This document shows positions 45,601 to 55,937 of a stretch of DNA of 64,000 nt, in pieces (position 1 is the first letter of the stretch; each line of letters starts with the position of its first letter). The DNA lies in the NCBI RefSeq assembly GCF_963676685.1, contig NC_092345.1, forward strand, positions 105,214,001 to 105,278,000, in the 5' to 3' direction. A program made the translations under genes and the position numbers. Under the pieces are notes generated by a model. It had not been told where the DNA came from, did not search any database, and worked only from the letters and a program-made list of their open reading frames with translations. This DNA is from Mytilus edulis (taxonomy: Eukaryota).

Positions 45601-48369
45601 AAAAGTTCCATGGACAAAACCATTTTTTTTTCCAGGGATTTATTGAACAAAACTGCTTTATTTTGTAGGGATTTATTGAACAAAACTACTATATTTTGTA
45701 GGGATTTATTGAACAAAACTACTTCATTTTGCAGGGATTTTTTTAACAAAACTACTATATTTTGTAGGGATTTATTGAACAAAACTATTTTATTTTGTAG
45801 GGATTTATTATATTTGCGATATTTGGGTTTGATACCAGATTAATATTCTTGCCATGTATAAAAAGGTATGTACAATGTTATTCTCTAATAGATATTTTAT
45901 ACTGGTGGTCAGACACAATAGTTCTAGTTTAGGAAAGTACAATGATGGTTTAGTATATAAAAAATCTGTTCAATCTTTACATGGTGGAAGGGGAAAATAG
46001 TACTTTTGTAGCTGGAATTTTTTGTGTGAATAATACCTTGAACTGATAATCAGTTTATTTCTATTGAAAATTGGTAAATGAGACTTAAATTAAACCTGGT
46101 CAAAAATTAATTTTCCCATATGCCATAACCAATTATTTCGAAAATTGTTTTCCCTTTAATTTCTTTTAAGACAAGGATTTAAGATCCATTACAAGAACCA
46201 GTTCAGAAAATATTGTTTAAGAACTATCGACAATTTATGAAACTTTCAATAGGGGAAATCCCTCCTCTGAAATTAAAACAAAACGGTATAAGAGGTGGTG
46301 AATTTGCGATTTCTGGCATGTTACACTCCTTTTAGGTTGGGACAAGTGAGCTTTTTATCAGACTACTTCTTATAGGACTTATTCCCATACAAAAGAGGAT
46401 TTTACCCATTTTCTATTGACCTGAAACATATAGATAATCTTTTTTATAATCCAGCCCATACAATATTCCTTTATAATGGTTAATTTACTTTTAAAATGCA
46501 TTGAAGATGTGAAACTTATAAATGATTTTAAAATTATACCACGTTAGTCAATATGTATATAGATGTAATGGTTATATTGTAGCTTGGTCAACTTTAAACG
46601 TAAATTGTTAAAAAGGTAACCGTCTTATATGTTGTAATGCATGGCATGTTGTAATCGATGATATGGCAGTGTTATCTTGGGTTCAAATGTACTTTAAATT
46701 GCATGTTAATTTGTTCAGTGCTCCTATGATGGGATTTATTTGTATTCAATGTGGCTAAAATTATCAGAGGGACAAATATTTTTCCTTCATCTATCAATAT
46801 ATATATGTGTACCTAGATATGTTTTAAAACCAGAGATTGCAGATGTTCAATTTTATATATTTTTTTTTAATTGTTCTTGTTTGAATGAAATGCTAGTTAG
46901 TCATCCTATATAGTATAGCACTTTCATAGAACATGGCATTTCTAAAAGATGTTATCACTTGATATTCCTAAATGTTATCATATGACACTCCTACAAAACA
47001 AGTTCCTTTATATTATAATGGTCCTGGGGGCCCTGGTAACCGAGTAGTCTTAAGTAATACAACTACTGTATTACAAGCCAGTCAACACCAAGGTTGTGGG
47101 TTTGAATTTCAAACATGGTAGGTGAGCTTGACTCTAATCTTAATTGACTACAATTGTCAGTTTTCCAAAGGTAGGTTGTTCTATCCTGGCACTGGGATTC
47201 TTCCACCAATAAAACCTGACCACCATGAAGTAGCACAATAGTGGCGTTAAAACACCAATCAAACATTTGACACTCCTACAACAAATTATCACATGACACT
47301 CCTACAACAAATTATCACATGACACTCCTACAACAATTTTTAAAGAATTCTTTCTATCAGTAATCTATACCAGTGGTTAGTTATGCAGATAAATTGAACC
47401 AACATGTTATGTTTGTCTATAATTACATTGATACTAAATTAAGTAAGATATTTAATTATATAAGTATTTTCTATGAATAAAAACTCATTTTCATTTCATT
47501 ATATGAATATCTGAATTTATAGAATAACTGATTTCTTGATTGTGTGTATATTACAGATGGCGTAAACTTGTTTATGGTGTAGAAATTGTGACACTTCCAG
47601 ATTCCTCCGAACTTGATGAAGAAACAATGCATTTATGTGAACAGTTTAAAAAATACCACAAAAATAATTGTTCTAAAGCTATTGTTAAAGATCTAAAGTA
47701 AGTACTGTTTGCTATTAATTAGGACATTCAAAAGCAAAACCCATTGATGTTTTGGGAATATTTCCTACTTAACACAGTTATTCACACAGTAATTATTCCT
47801 GGTGATTTGGTTATCCATGTAAAACAAAATGTTATAAATCAAAACTTATAGAATAAATCAAAAAAAAAAGAAAAGATATGATGAATTAAAAAATTAATGA
47901 CAAAAGAATTTGAATTTTAAATGATTAAATTATTAGTTTAAAACAAATTGTTACTTTTTGTTTTTTTATGCATTATAAGTTTTTGTGAATATGAATGATA
48001 GGAGATGTTGGGTATTCATTAATCTGACAGCAACCCAAATGACATAAAAATTTAACAAACATTTAGTATTATGAAGACAATGAATAGTAATTCACGTATT
48101 ATTAATGACATAGATGTTTTTTTCACAGAAATATAACAAAGATTTATTATAATTTCAGATATAGGTTAAAAGAATATAAACAAGTATTTACAGGAACCGA
48201 CATGTGTGATTGGTTATTAGAAGTTGGTTTAGCCCATGATAGGGGAGAGGCCATAGAATATGGACGTACTCTTGTTACAGGACACATTGTTAGTCATGTG
48301 ACCAAGGAACATCATTTTCATGACCTGCCATATTTTTACAGTTTTATTGAAGAAGAGGAATATGATTGA
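27216..48369 (+). CDS. GPR155: GPR155/LYCHOS (lysosomal cholesterol sensor: permease-like TM domain + GPCR-like TM domain + C-terminal DEP domain), 14 coding exons, 881 aa
   Basis: join(27216..27636,27957..28274,29031..29145,29783..29951,30382..30537,32161..32244,32691..32902,33494..33587,40434..40686,41116..41426,44905..45000,45801..45865,47557..47697,48159..48369). All introns are GT-AG, phases are consistent, total 2646 nt. Motifs recognised: LYPAIVQCFAVILFGYIAG, FCLPALLFKNM, FCTQSNDFALGYPI, LYGTFPTAPSV, YVEVEFLDGVMNYGQG, and DEP domain FTGTDMCDWLLEVGLAHDRGEAIEYG...HHFHD. Confidence 0.95.
27957..28274 (+). CDS. GPR155: GPR155 coding exon 2
   Basis: tttttttcag|TA CAA GCC; QALYQESHPQYLNYIYLIAPVS..NPIVFMTIIG; donor G|GTATTA. 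Confidence 0.92.
29031..29145 (+). CDS. GPR155: GPR155 coding exon 3
   Basis: ctttacag|GT GAT GCT; DAFSGAALFYLGLSLVGK..LIAAK; donor GC|GTAAGT. Not in the ORF track. Confidence 0.92.
29783..29951 (+). CDS. GPR155: GPR155 coding exon 4
   Basis: taatag|G TTG ATT; LILPL..FLYGTFPTAPSVFLYASHY; donor ATT|GTAAGT. Confidence 0.92.
30382..30537 (+). CDS. GPR155: GPR155 coding exon 5
   Basis: ttttag|GTG GCC; VATGMVAGTFLSAPIMFVSA; donor AGT|GTAAGT. Confidence 0.92.
31445..31962 (+). mobile_element. HINE-like element (second family) with ~2 internal repeats
   Basis: ttttatacgacc.. / ..ggtcgtataaa sub-terminal inverted repeat, GTC microsatellite, internal duplication. Confidence 0.65.
32161..32244 (+). 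CDS. GPR155: GPR155 coding exon 6
   Basis: ttgacag|ATA TGG; IWVVVLMFLSGRYKKMPHQFLLCFCVAH; donor CAT|GTAAGT. Confidence 0.9.
32251..32392. repeat. 33-37-bp tandem repeat (4 units) starting directly after the exon-6 donor
   Basis: ACTTATAATAACGTTTT(ATGA)TAGAGAACACTGT x4. Confidence 0.9.
32691..32902 (+). CDS. GPR155: GPR155 coding exon 7
   Basis: ttaatag|GTG TTT; hydrophobic TM segments; donor GG|GTTGGT chosen to match the phase of the next exon. Confidence 0.85.
33494..33587 (+). CDS. GPR155: GPR155 coding exon 8
   Basis: cctttgtag|G ATA CCT; GIPMFCTGLLIML..IDPSFHYGADQ; donor CAG|GTAGGA. Confidence 0.9.
33961..34052 (+). repeat. Three ~34-bp sub-terminal direct repeats of the piggyBac, each with palindrome TGTATCCT-NN-AGGATACA
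   Basis: gcgagtgtatccttcaggatacacaatgcgcagg x3, read directly. Confidence 0.85.
34581..36335 (+). CDS. piggyBac transposase (PGBD4-like, DDE_Tnp_1_7), intact, 584 aa
   Basis: Acidic N-terminus; DDD triad in TIDECMVPFKG, YTDNFF, MGGVDKADQ; KPHKWG; C-terminal cysteine-rich domain RCHVC..CSVCGKHLC..CF..YH; no stops or frameshifts. Confidence 0.96.
   Translation: MSSDESDGDFEGFSETDVINAEQEVLAAEERLRVILSEQGIGDDSDGDLNESENEDEGEEEVHIDERGDGGDGWHSRFDIYERGLPHLFNPRGNTGPSRVMGAEKEVLDFWQLYMGDQFLEFLINQTDSYANYNIQHRPNDNKMPWSIPTLPEIKAFLGLTYQMGINRKPSTKLYWSTDPVMVTPIFSSTMTRDRYTQILRYLHFSNIANEPRQGEPNYDPLYKIKPVVNHLNNKFGLEYIPKRNVTIDECMVPFKGRTLLKQYLPSKPHKWGAKVWMLAESANSYIQYIDVYPGRTVRTEGSLGSSVVKNCLEGANIAGQGYHVYTDNFFTSPNLYLELWENYDTAACGTVRNTRAGLPKDIMCKKPVNVVTRGDHQFRQKGALLAVSWKDKKTVSVLSTIHNESIGQVTRSVNVDGQFARQEFNCPSAIVDYTCNMGGVDKADQYIQYYCYHQKTLKWPKKVFFSLLEMVKFNAYRLFTLSPNHSSNLTFLQFSCLLIKGLINGYSAGVRRGRPLLAPDQRLIQRHMPTTLNSKGRCHVCYMRQKNGKQDNIRQTKYGCSVCGKHLCMPQCFTIYHTEKNYC
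38037..38194. mobile_element. Tc1/mariner-like MITE
   Basis: Perfect 15-bp TIR CACCTTATCGCTATT flanked by TA on both sides. Confidence 0.8.
38201..38765. mobile_element. Non-autonomous Kolobok-like element
   Basis: TTAA TSD on both sides; TIR GGAGGCTCGCGGGTATAA / GGGGGCTCGCGGGTCTAA; purine termini point to Kolobok rather than piggyBac. Confidence 0.82.
40434..40686 (+). CDS. GPR155: GPR155 coding exon 9
   Basis: gttttacag|ACC ATC; TM helix followed by a cytosolic loop; donor G|GTAAAT. Confidence 0.88.
41116..41426 (+). CDS. GPR155: GPR155 coding exon 10
   Basis: ctttatag|GA GTA; SIEDI..Cys-containing loop..RFMLMLVLCQVSMFM; donor ATG|GTAAGT, which is the first unit of the donor array. Confidence 0.88.
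41407..44620 (+). repeat. Tandem array of the GPR155 exon-10 3' end plus 5' splice site (26-bp and 56-bp units, ~50 GTAAGT donors)
   Basis: Short unit CAAGTTTCTATGTTTATG|GTAAGTGT; long unit adds CAGCAGTTGATGTTGATGTTGGTTCTCTGT; interrupted by a hAT element. Confidence 0.97.
42083..43203. mobile_element. Non-autonomous hAT-type element inserted into the donor array
   Basis: TIR CAGGGTTTCCCCTGG / CAGGGTTTCCGCTGG; 8-bp TSD GCAGTTGG (42075..42082, 43204..43211); sub-terminal TTCGCCA repeats. Confidence 0.92.
44905..45000 (+). CDS. GPR155: GPR155 coding exon 11
   Basis: ttttttgtag|GGA CTT; GLFLCTWRLFNKVTTGTYVEVEFLDGVMNYGQ; donor CAG|GTAAGT. Confidence 0.92.
45612..45809 (+). repeat. Six 33-bp tandem copies of the GPR155 exon-12 3' splice site
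   Basis: AG|GGATTT with AG ending at 45635, 45668, 45701, 45734, 45767 and 45800. Confidence 0.95.
45801..45865 (+). CDS. GPR155: GPR155 coding exon 12
   Basis: ttttgtag|GGA TTT ATT; GFIIFAIFGFDTRLIFLPCIK; donor AG|GTATGT. Confidence 0.9.
47025..47265 (+). mobile_element. tRNA-derived SINE-like repeat
   Basis: GGGGCC..TGGTAACCGAGT (A-box-like), GGTTTGAAT (B-box-like), ..CCACCAATAAAAC..AAAACACCAATCAA tail; related copies at ~29200..29450(-) and 24770..24890(+). Confidence 0.55.
47557..47697 (+). CDS. GPR155: GPR155 coding exon 13
   Basis: ttacag|A TGG CGT; WRKLVYG..LCEQFKKYHKNNCSKAIVKD; donor AA|GTAAGT. Confidence 0.9.
48159..48369 (+). CDS. GPR155: GPR155 last coding exon (DEP domain)
   Basis: aatttcag|A TAT AGG; VFTGTDMCDWLLEVGLAHDRGEAIEYGRTLVTGHIVSHVTKEHHFHDLPYFYSF; stop TGA 48367..48369. 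Confidence 0.93.
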
Positions 48370-49139
48370 AATTATGAAAATAATTTTGATATGATTGAAA
48401 TATAGTGCTAACTTTTGAAATTATCCAATCTGTTTATAAATGTTTTCTTTAAATATGAGTTGTCTCCCATTGTTGCTGCGTTATCCTTTCTGGTATTTCA
48501 CACGGTTGAGTTCATTTAAAACATTCAGTTTCCCTGTTATTGATACTTTTTAAGAAAGAGAAATCGTTCAGAAAAGTGGTCAAAAGAAGCCAACAAATTA
48601 TAAATACTAGTAGATAAAACAAATTATATCTTAAATCATGAATCATAAATTTAACATATTTACATTAAATGGGAGATAACTCTACACTTATTAGATGAAA
48701 AGAAAGAACTCAAGTCTAAAGTAATAACTTAATATTTCCATAGTTATTTTATATGTTAATTAAAACCAGTAATTAATATCAAACAAATTCCATATTGATA
48801 CTAAAAGGTCCTTTGGAGAATATTTTGGTACTGAAACCATTTTAATTGATATTTGATGGCTAATATTGACCCTTTATACTCCTACTCTTTTCCTGATGTG
48901 GAAAGGAATCATTCATCAAAATCATTTTTAAGAAGGATTGCATTTTGAATCTGCATTTTACTGATAAGAGAACCTGTATTTTTCTAGTCAATACATAACA
49001 CATTTTCATACTGACAGGAGGTGAGACACTTTTTGAATTATTTTGTTGAAAATGTTACTGATGTCAGTATCAGACCAATAGATAGATAGATCATGTATCA
49101 GACCCAGGGTAACATAAGATATTTTTGTAACAATGACAT

Positions 49140-49936
49140 ATTTGTATGCCCCACCTACGATAGTAGAGGGGCATTATGTTTTCTGGTCTGTGCGTCCGCC
49201 TGTACGTTCGTCTGTCCATCCGTTCTTCCCACTTCAGGTTAAAGTTTTTGGTCAAGGTAGTTTTTGATGAAGCTGAAGTCCAATCAACTTGAAACTTAGT
49301 ACACATGTTTCTTATGATATGAACTTTCTTATATTAAAACCAAATTAGACTTTTGACCCCATTTTCATGATCCACTGAATATAGAAATTAAAATGTGAGT
49401 TTCAGGTTAAAGTTTTTGGTCAAGGTGGTTTTTGATGAAGCTGAAGTCCAATCAACTTGAAACTTAGTACACATGTTCCTTATGATATGATCTTTCTTAT
49501 TTTAAAACCAAATTAGACTTTTGACCCCATTTTCATGGTCCACTGAACATAGAAATTAAAAGAGTGAGTTTCAGGTAAAAGTTTTTGGTCAAGGTAGTTT
49601 TTGATGAAGCTGAAGTCCAATCAACTTGAAACTTAGTACAGATGTTCCTTATGATATGATCTTTCTTATTTTAAAACCAAATTAGACTTTTGACCCCATT
49701 TTCATGGTCCACTGATCATATAAAATGAAAGTGTGTGTTTCAGGTTAAGGTTTTTCGGTCAAGGTAATTTTTGATGAAGTTTAAGCCCAATCAACTTGAA
49801 ACTACACTTGTTCCCTATTGGTTGATCTTTTTACTTTTAAGGCCTAATTAGATTTTTTACCCAATTTCACGGTCCATTGATAAAGGTAAATGATAATGGG
49901 AGTGGGGTATCCGTGTACTTTGGACACATTCTTGTT
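49140..49936 (+). mobile_element. Helentron-associated (HINE/pearl-like) non-autonomous element with four ~169-bp internal tandem units
   Basis: 5' atgccccacc..ggggcat sub-terminal inverted repeat, GTCY microsatellite, units starting ~49235/49403/49572/49741, and T-rich insertion site. Confidence 0.75.
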
Positions 49937-52140
49937 ATATTCTTATTCATGCTTTGGGTATTTGTGGAAGTCCAAAAAAAACACAGGTGTAAAGAAAATC
50001 TCAATTATTTTCTAAATTTTCTGTATGGAATATTTTAAAGCAATCTCTGTTACAAGTTCATTCCACAAAAAGAATATGTTGATATTATATTCATATTTGC
50101 CATTCTTGCTATAGACATAATTGTATGTCTTATGCCAATACTGTGTTTATTAATCATTTTAAACTTTATAAACTGAACCTGTTTACAATTTCTCCTCAGA
50201 TTTTTCATACGTTTATAATTTGCTTGATACACATGTATTTCTTTGCCTGTTATAATTTATATTAATTGCATTTCATCATAGTCTCAGTAAAGTGCTTCAT
50301 TTCTGTTGAGTTAAAATTTTAAAAATTTTATGTTCAAACCTTCTACCAGGTTTTTATTTATGTTTTTCTAAGACATAAGTTTGATTGTCTTTAAAAGTTC
50401 ATATTTAGTGATTGTATATCTCTGTCAATTTACACCTATCACATAATCATCCTTTACACAATAAATTGTACCATTTACTTTGTTTTTTATGGTTTGATAA
50501 GTTGTTGTCATAAATTGTTAGCAAACATGTAATGTATAAACTATTTCAACATTGTATAGTTTTATTTTGCTTTATGTAAATTTTGCAACTTTTAAACATT
50601 TTTTGGGTGATTTTTATGGGATATGGTTCATTTTCTTTATAACATTTTAAGCTTTTAAAGACGTTTTGAAAACAGTGGACACTGAATATTTTCCATATTT
50701 CTAAATTCATCCAAAGTCAACTTTGCCTGAGGGAATTGGAACCTTAGTTTATTCATATATTCTTAATTTGGAGAATTTTAAATAAGTATGTTGTGAATCA
50801 TGCCGTTTGAAGCAGATTTTTTTTGGAAACACCATTGCATTTATATATATCCATATGGAATGGAATTATTTTGATTTAAAAGTAATTAATTTTACATATG
50901 ATGTATATAAAAACAATAATACTCTGTTACTGAAACAATTCATTACTTTGCATTAGATAACATACATGTACATTTTTTTATGCTATTTGTTTTGCATTTA
51001 ATAATTTACATTTTTTTTCATGTTATTTGTGACATTTCTGATGGGGAAAATATGGAGACTATGAATCAGATAACATTCTGTCTGTAACACGGGTATTTAT
51101 TTGGGATATATTATGTATATTCTGTTGCTGTATTAGTACAATGTCTGATGTTTAATTGTGGCATTTGATTATTTTTTTTAATGTGAGGGTTCTTGTTATA
51201 ACATATGTGTATAGACTGGTATCTAAATGCATTTAAAAGTAAGTTGGGAATTTATTGTTCAATGTTATGAACTCTCATTTAAAAGGTTTCTTTACAATTT
51301 TCTGCAAGCTACTTTATTCCTTTAGAAATTTGAACCTCTGATATTTGAGAATGCTTTGTAAAATCAATACAAAATATTCTTGTCATTTAAATTTGTTCAT
51401 GAATATATGAAAGAAGCATTCTATTTTAGATCAAATTATAAATAAAGTAAAATGGTGCTGTGATATATATATAATGTTTTGAAGTCTTGGATGTGTGATG
51501 TTGTTTTTTTAACTTGTTTGTTTATTAATACATAAATTATAACTGTAGTGTCTTTTGTAAAATGTGCAAAAAACAAATAAGAATATATTACTGTAAATTA
51601 ACAACATCATACAAAAAATAATAATTTATATTTATTTTGATTCTTTGTTATTGTTATATTTTTTTTTGGACAAAATTGCTGAATAAAACGATAATATATA
51701 AATGTATGTCTTCATCTGTTTTTATTGTCCATGTAGAGTGTTTAAATAAAAATGAGTCTGTCAAGTGGAACAACTGTTATCTCAAACTGTCCACTAAGCT
51801 TGATAAAGTTTTGAGGAGCTGTGATGATGAGGTATGAGCTGGTGAGGACCAAAATTGTAAAGCTGATAAATGAACCATGAAAATTGTCAATGTTAAAGAG
51901 ACTTTTGTTTGTTCAGACAGGCATGTACAAAAATCTAAACATAGAAAATAGGCTGAATTTTCTTTGACCTAAATTACCTGATGGAGGTTAAACTGCTATC
52001 ACGTAAAGAATGATTTAGTAGATATAAAGTAATTTGTCCCCTTTTGTGATCTAAATTGAAGGGGATTCCCCTCCCACAAGCCCATTTCAAAATATTTACA
52101 TTTGGAGTTGTTCATTAATCTATATTGTTGAATGCATTAA

Positions 52141-55100
52141 GGTGGCTCGGGACTATTCGACTGCGCATAATTTCACGCATGAACTACAAAAGTATTTGTC
52201 GTAAATTCGATATAATTTTTATGCAGTTAAGCTGCATTATGCGAGCACCCTAGATTTGTGTTCTCCCAATAAATCCTGAAATACTTGCCATTGTTATTAT
52301 CTAGCTTGCTACTATGTTATATATAACTAATTGAACACTTTTTTAATACTTTTTATTCTGGATTACAAAAATAATGACCAGAAAAACCTTAAATGATCGT
52401 CGATTTATCCAAAAGTTTTAAAGTTACACATAGGAAGTAGTGCTTATTAAGAATCCTTGTGTAGTTCATTATGACTTGTGCTTTTAGCTAAGATGTCAAA
52501 GAACAATTGTATGAAATATTTAATCGCCGAATATCTCTTAAGACAAGTAGTTTAGATTTCCCAAATGACAAAAGTCGTAGGAATATTGTTTGTCATCAAA
52601 TACGTAGTACAACTACGTCAGTAGTCTATTATATAATAATTTCAACTGTTCATGCTGTTGGCGGCAATTTCAAATTAGAAAAGAAATTTTCGTAGCTTTT
52701 CAATTTGGAGGCAGGTGTGCAAATTAGCGGTGGTCCGAGGTCCGCGACCTTCCACTTTTGCAAGCGGAATTTCGACTAGGATAGTTGGTTTCTAGCTACG
52801 CCCGACGTAGTCACCTTGAAAGAAAATAAGAAATTACTTTGCAAACCTTTTCACCATTTTCACCAAAGTCTCCAATTAAACGAGCTAAAAACTTATTTTT
52901 ATCATTATTATTCATGATTATTCATGACGGCGATGTTCATTTTGTTCAACCGCTAGCTTTATACAGAAAATCGCCGACAAATATTGTATAAATTCGAGTA
53001 AAATCGTATCTGATTGACAAAAACAACATTGCAAACACATCACAATGGCGGCCGTGAAGACAAAATTTTACAAAATCGGATCCGATTCCGGAAGCGGATA
53101 AGGGTAATTCCGGGTTAGGCGATCATTTACAAAATAAATCCAAGCAGGTGAAAAATACATCTATGCATGGTAAATGAATATAAACACTAGTATTGTAAAC
53201 CAAAAGAAATATGTAAAAGAAAGAAAAAGCAGAAAAATATTTTATTCAGAAACTCAAAATTACTTTTTGACAAATTTTAATTTAAAAATCCAATACAACG
53301 TGACAGCTGGGAACAGTATATCTAACAATATACATGTTCATGGTCACAGTCTAAATTTTCTTTATAAATGATAAATGATGATAATGCATGTGAGATGCTT
53401 TTAAAGTGTAAAGATTACTGCAATTTCGAGGAGTTATTTGTTTTTTCTCAATTTTGAAGGGTCAACTAAAGTAGCTGAAAGTTTCATTCTTTTTTTTTTC
53501 ACTAATAATGCAACTATATTATATATACCTTAATGTAAGTAAATCATATGATATATAGGTGGCATTCTTTGGGCCACTCTACCCCCTCCTGTTTGATAAC
53601 TTGGAAACGGTCGAGCTCCCCACCCCTAAACCATATGAGGGGGCAGATCCAGGATTTTAGGTTAGGAGGGGCGCAAACTTAAATTTTCGCTGAGCAGAGC
53701 GAAGCTAAAAAAAAATTGAGGTAAAATTCTCGGAATATTCTTTATTAAGCTGAAGAGTTGCTAGGGGTCACCCCACCCATCCTGTTTTAGAATTTAAAAA
53801 TGGTCGAGATCCCCATCCCTAAACCATATATATTCATGTATGGGATAATATAACAAATCAGATGAAAGATAGGGGGAGTCACTGAGGTCACTGTTCACCC
53901 TCCTGTTTGAGAACTTGGAAATGGTCAAGATCCTTACCCCTAAACCATATATACTCATGTATGGGACAATATAACAAATCAAATGAAATATAGGGGAAGT
54001 CCCTGTGGTCATCCCAACCCTCCTGTTTGAGAACTTGGAAACGGTCGAGATCCCCACACCAAAACAATATATATTCATGTATGGATCAATATAACTAATT
54101 AAATGAAATATAGGGGGAGTCCCTTGGGTCACCCTACCCCTTCTGTTTGAGAACTTGGAAACCAATGAGATCCCCACCCCTAAACCATATATATTCATGT
54201 ATGGGACAATATAACAAATAAAATGAAATGTAGGGGAAGTCCCTAGGGTCACCATACCCCTAGTGGCGGATCCAGACATTTTTATAAGTGGGGCCCACTA
54301 ACTGACCTAAGAGGGGCCCGCTCCAGTCACGCTTCAGTGATTCCCTATATAAGCAACCAAATTTTTTCCAATAAAGGGGGGCCGGGCCCCCTGCCCCCCT
54401 AAATCCTCTGCCTACCCCTACCTGTTTGAGAACTTGTAAACCGTTGAGATCCCCATCCCTAAATTATATATATTCATATGTATGGGACAAAATAACAAAT
54501 CATTTACATTTACTATGGGCAGGTCAGTCAGACCTCACCTTTGATCCCTGTTGTAGTGAACATTTGTTTTCTTTCCAGTGAAACCAGTCCATTCATACTA
54601 TTACATGTTCATACTAAGTCAAATTCAACTTCTAGCAGTCAAATAAAACCAAGGTTAACTACCAAGTAGAACAACTGCAATCATTGGGAACTTGTACCAC
54701 TGCAGATTCGACATAAAAAATATACATTGATACCGTATATGCATTGCTTTTGAAACCTTGATAACATAAATTATTTGCCTTAATAAATTAATCATTAGAT
54801 AAACATGAATGTACTATATATGAATGTTTAATGTTGAGGCAACATTGCCACAGTTTTCATAATTACGGTTGCCTTGGTTTTTGGTTAACTGCCTTCAGCG
54901 CTTACAGCGCTTTGATTTTAAATATTTTGCTTGATTAGAAATGCTAAATCATTGTAGTTATGTGAATAATAGAATATTTTCGTTATAATCCGTATTTGGT
55001 AAAGGGTCAAAATGACATTTCACCCAGTTTTACCATTTTCCCGCCAAAATTTGGGTTTTAAGGCAAAATATATATTTTTCCTTATCGGTAACCTATTTTT

Positions 55101-55395
55101 TTTATTTGCTTATTCTTTGAAGCTATATTTCAGCTTTTTATTTTACAGTTTTGGACCAAGTGTCATAGAACGTTTTTTTGGTAATCCGATAAAATTATGT
55201 CAACACCTCTATTTTCCCTATCATTTCATTGAAAAATGGTCTCTTTTACATACCTGTTTAAAAGTAAAATTTTGAGCTTAAATGGTCCGTGACCCCCTAT
55301 TTTTTTTCAACCAATTTGATTTAATTTCTGTAAAGAATAAAATATCAAAAAATACGGCACTTCTGATAGTAACTTTTAATAGGCCCCGAGCCACC
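52141..55395. mobile_element. 3.25-kb non-autonomous Kolobok-like element between the convergent GPR155 and TACO1 3' ends
   Basis: TTAA at 52137..52140 and 55396..55399; TIR GGTGGCTCGGG; no long ORF; contains a minisatellite and nested short elements. Confidence 0.8.
53570..54505. repeat. ~120-bp tandem repeat (about 5-6 units) interrupted by two GGCGGATCCAG-type short insertions
   Basis: aaaccatata recurs at ~53821, 53942, 54062 and 54182; insertions at ~53638..53750 and ~54262..54412. Confidence 0.85.
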
Positions 55396-55937
55396 TTAAC
55401 ATATTTCAATTGCACCAAAAGGTTTCCATAGAATATAATTTTTCTCATATCCACTTCAAAGTACCCTGCAATGGAAACAAAACAATGTGTTTTACATGTC
55501 TATTATATTTAAAACAAATGACCAGTTGTTTCTGTAAACTGTCAAAAAGAAGAACTGAGCAAAAACAACCTGGCTCTGAATTTTTTGAGAAACTTTAATA
55601 GTCTCCTACCAAAAAAGTAGAAGGGGACTTGAGGTTTGAACTCCGTCCCTCTGTCTGTCCATCTGTTAGTCTGGCAACTCAGTTTTCCACTTTTGTTCTT
55701 CATGCTTGAAGATATTGATTTGGTATTTTGTGTATTTTTTTTCGTGACAAGTTCGAATTTTGTTCTGATCTGATGATTGTATGCAGAGTTATGGTCCTTG
55801 TTTACTATCCAATGAGAACTAGGCGATTTTCTTCGATCTTTCTTAGGAGGGGGATATATTTCATCTTGGCATAAGGAAAAGAAATTAATTAAAGCTTAGT
55901 AACATAATTATAAATAAGTTTTATTCTCAAATAAACA

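Noticed and set aside
47025-47120. tRNA gene
   Set aside because: Only degenerate A/B boxes and no cloverleaf; it continues into a SINE-like body.
53794-54279. 161-aa repetitive ORF
   Set aside because: Translation of a 120-bp tandem repeat inside a non-autonomous element.
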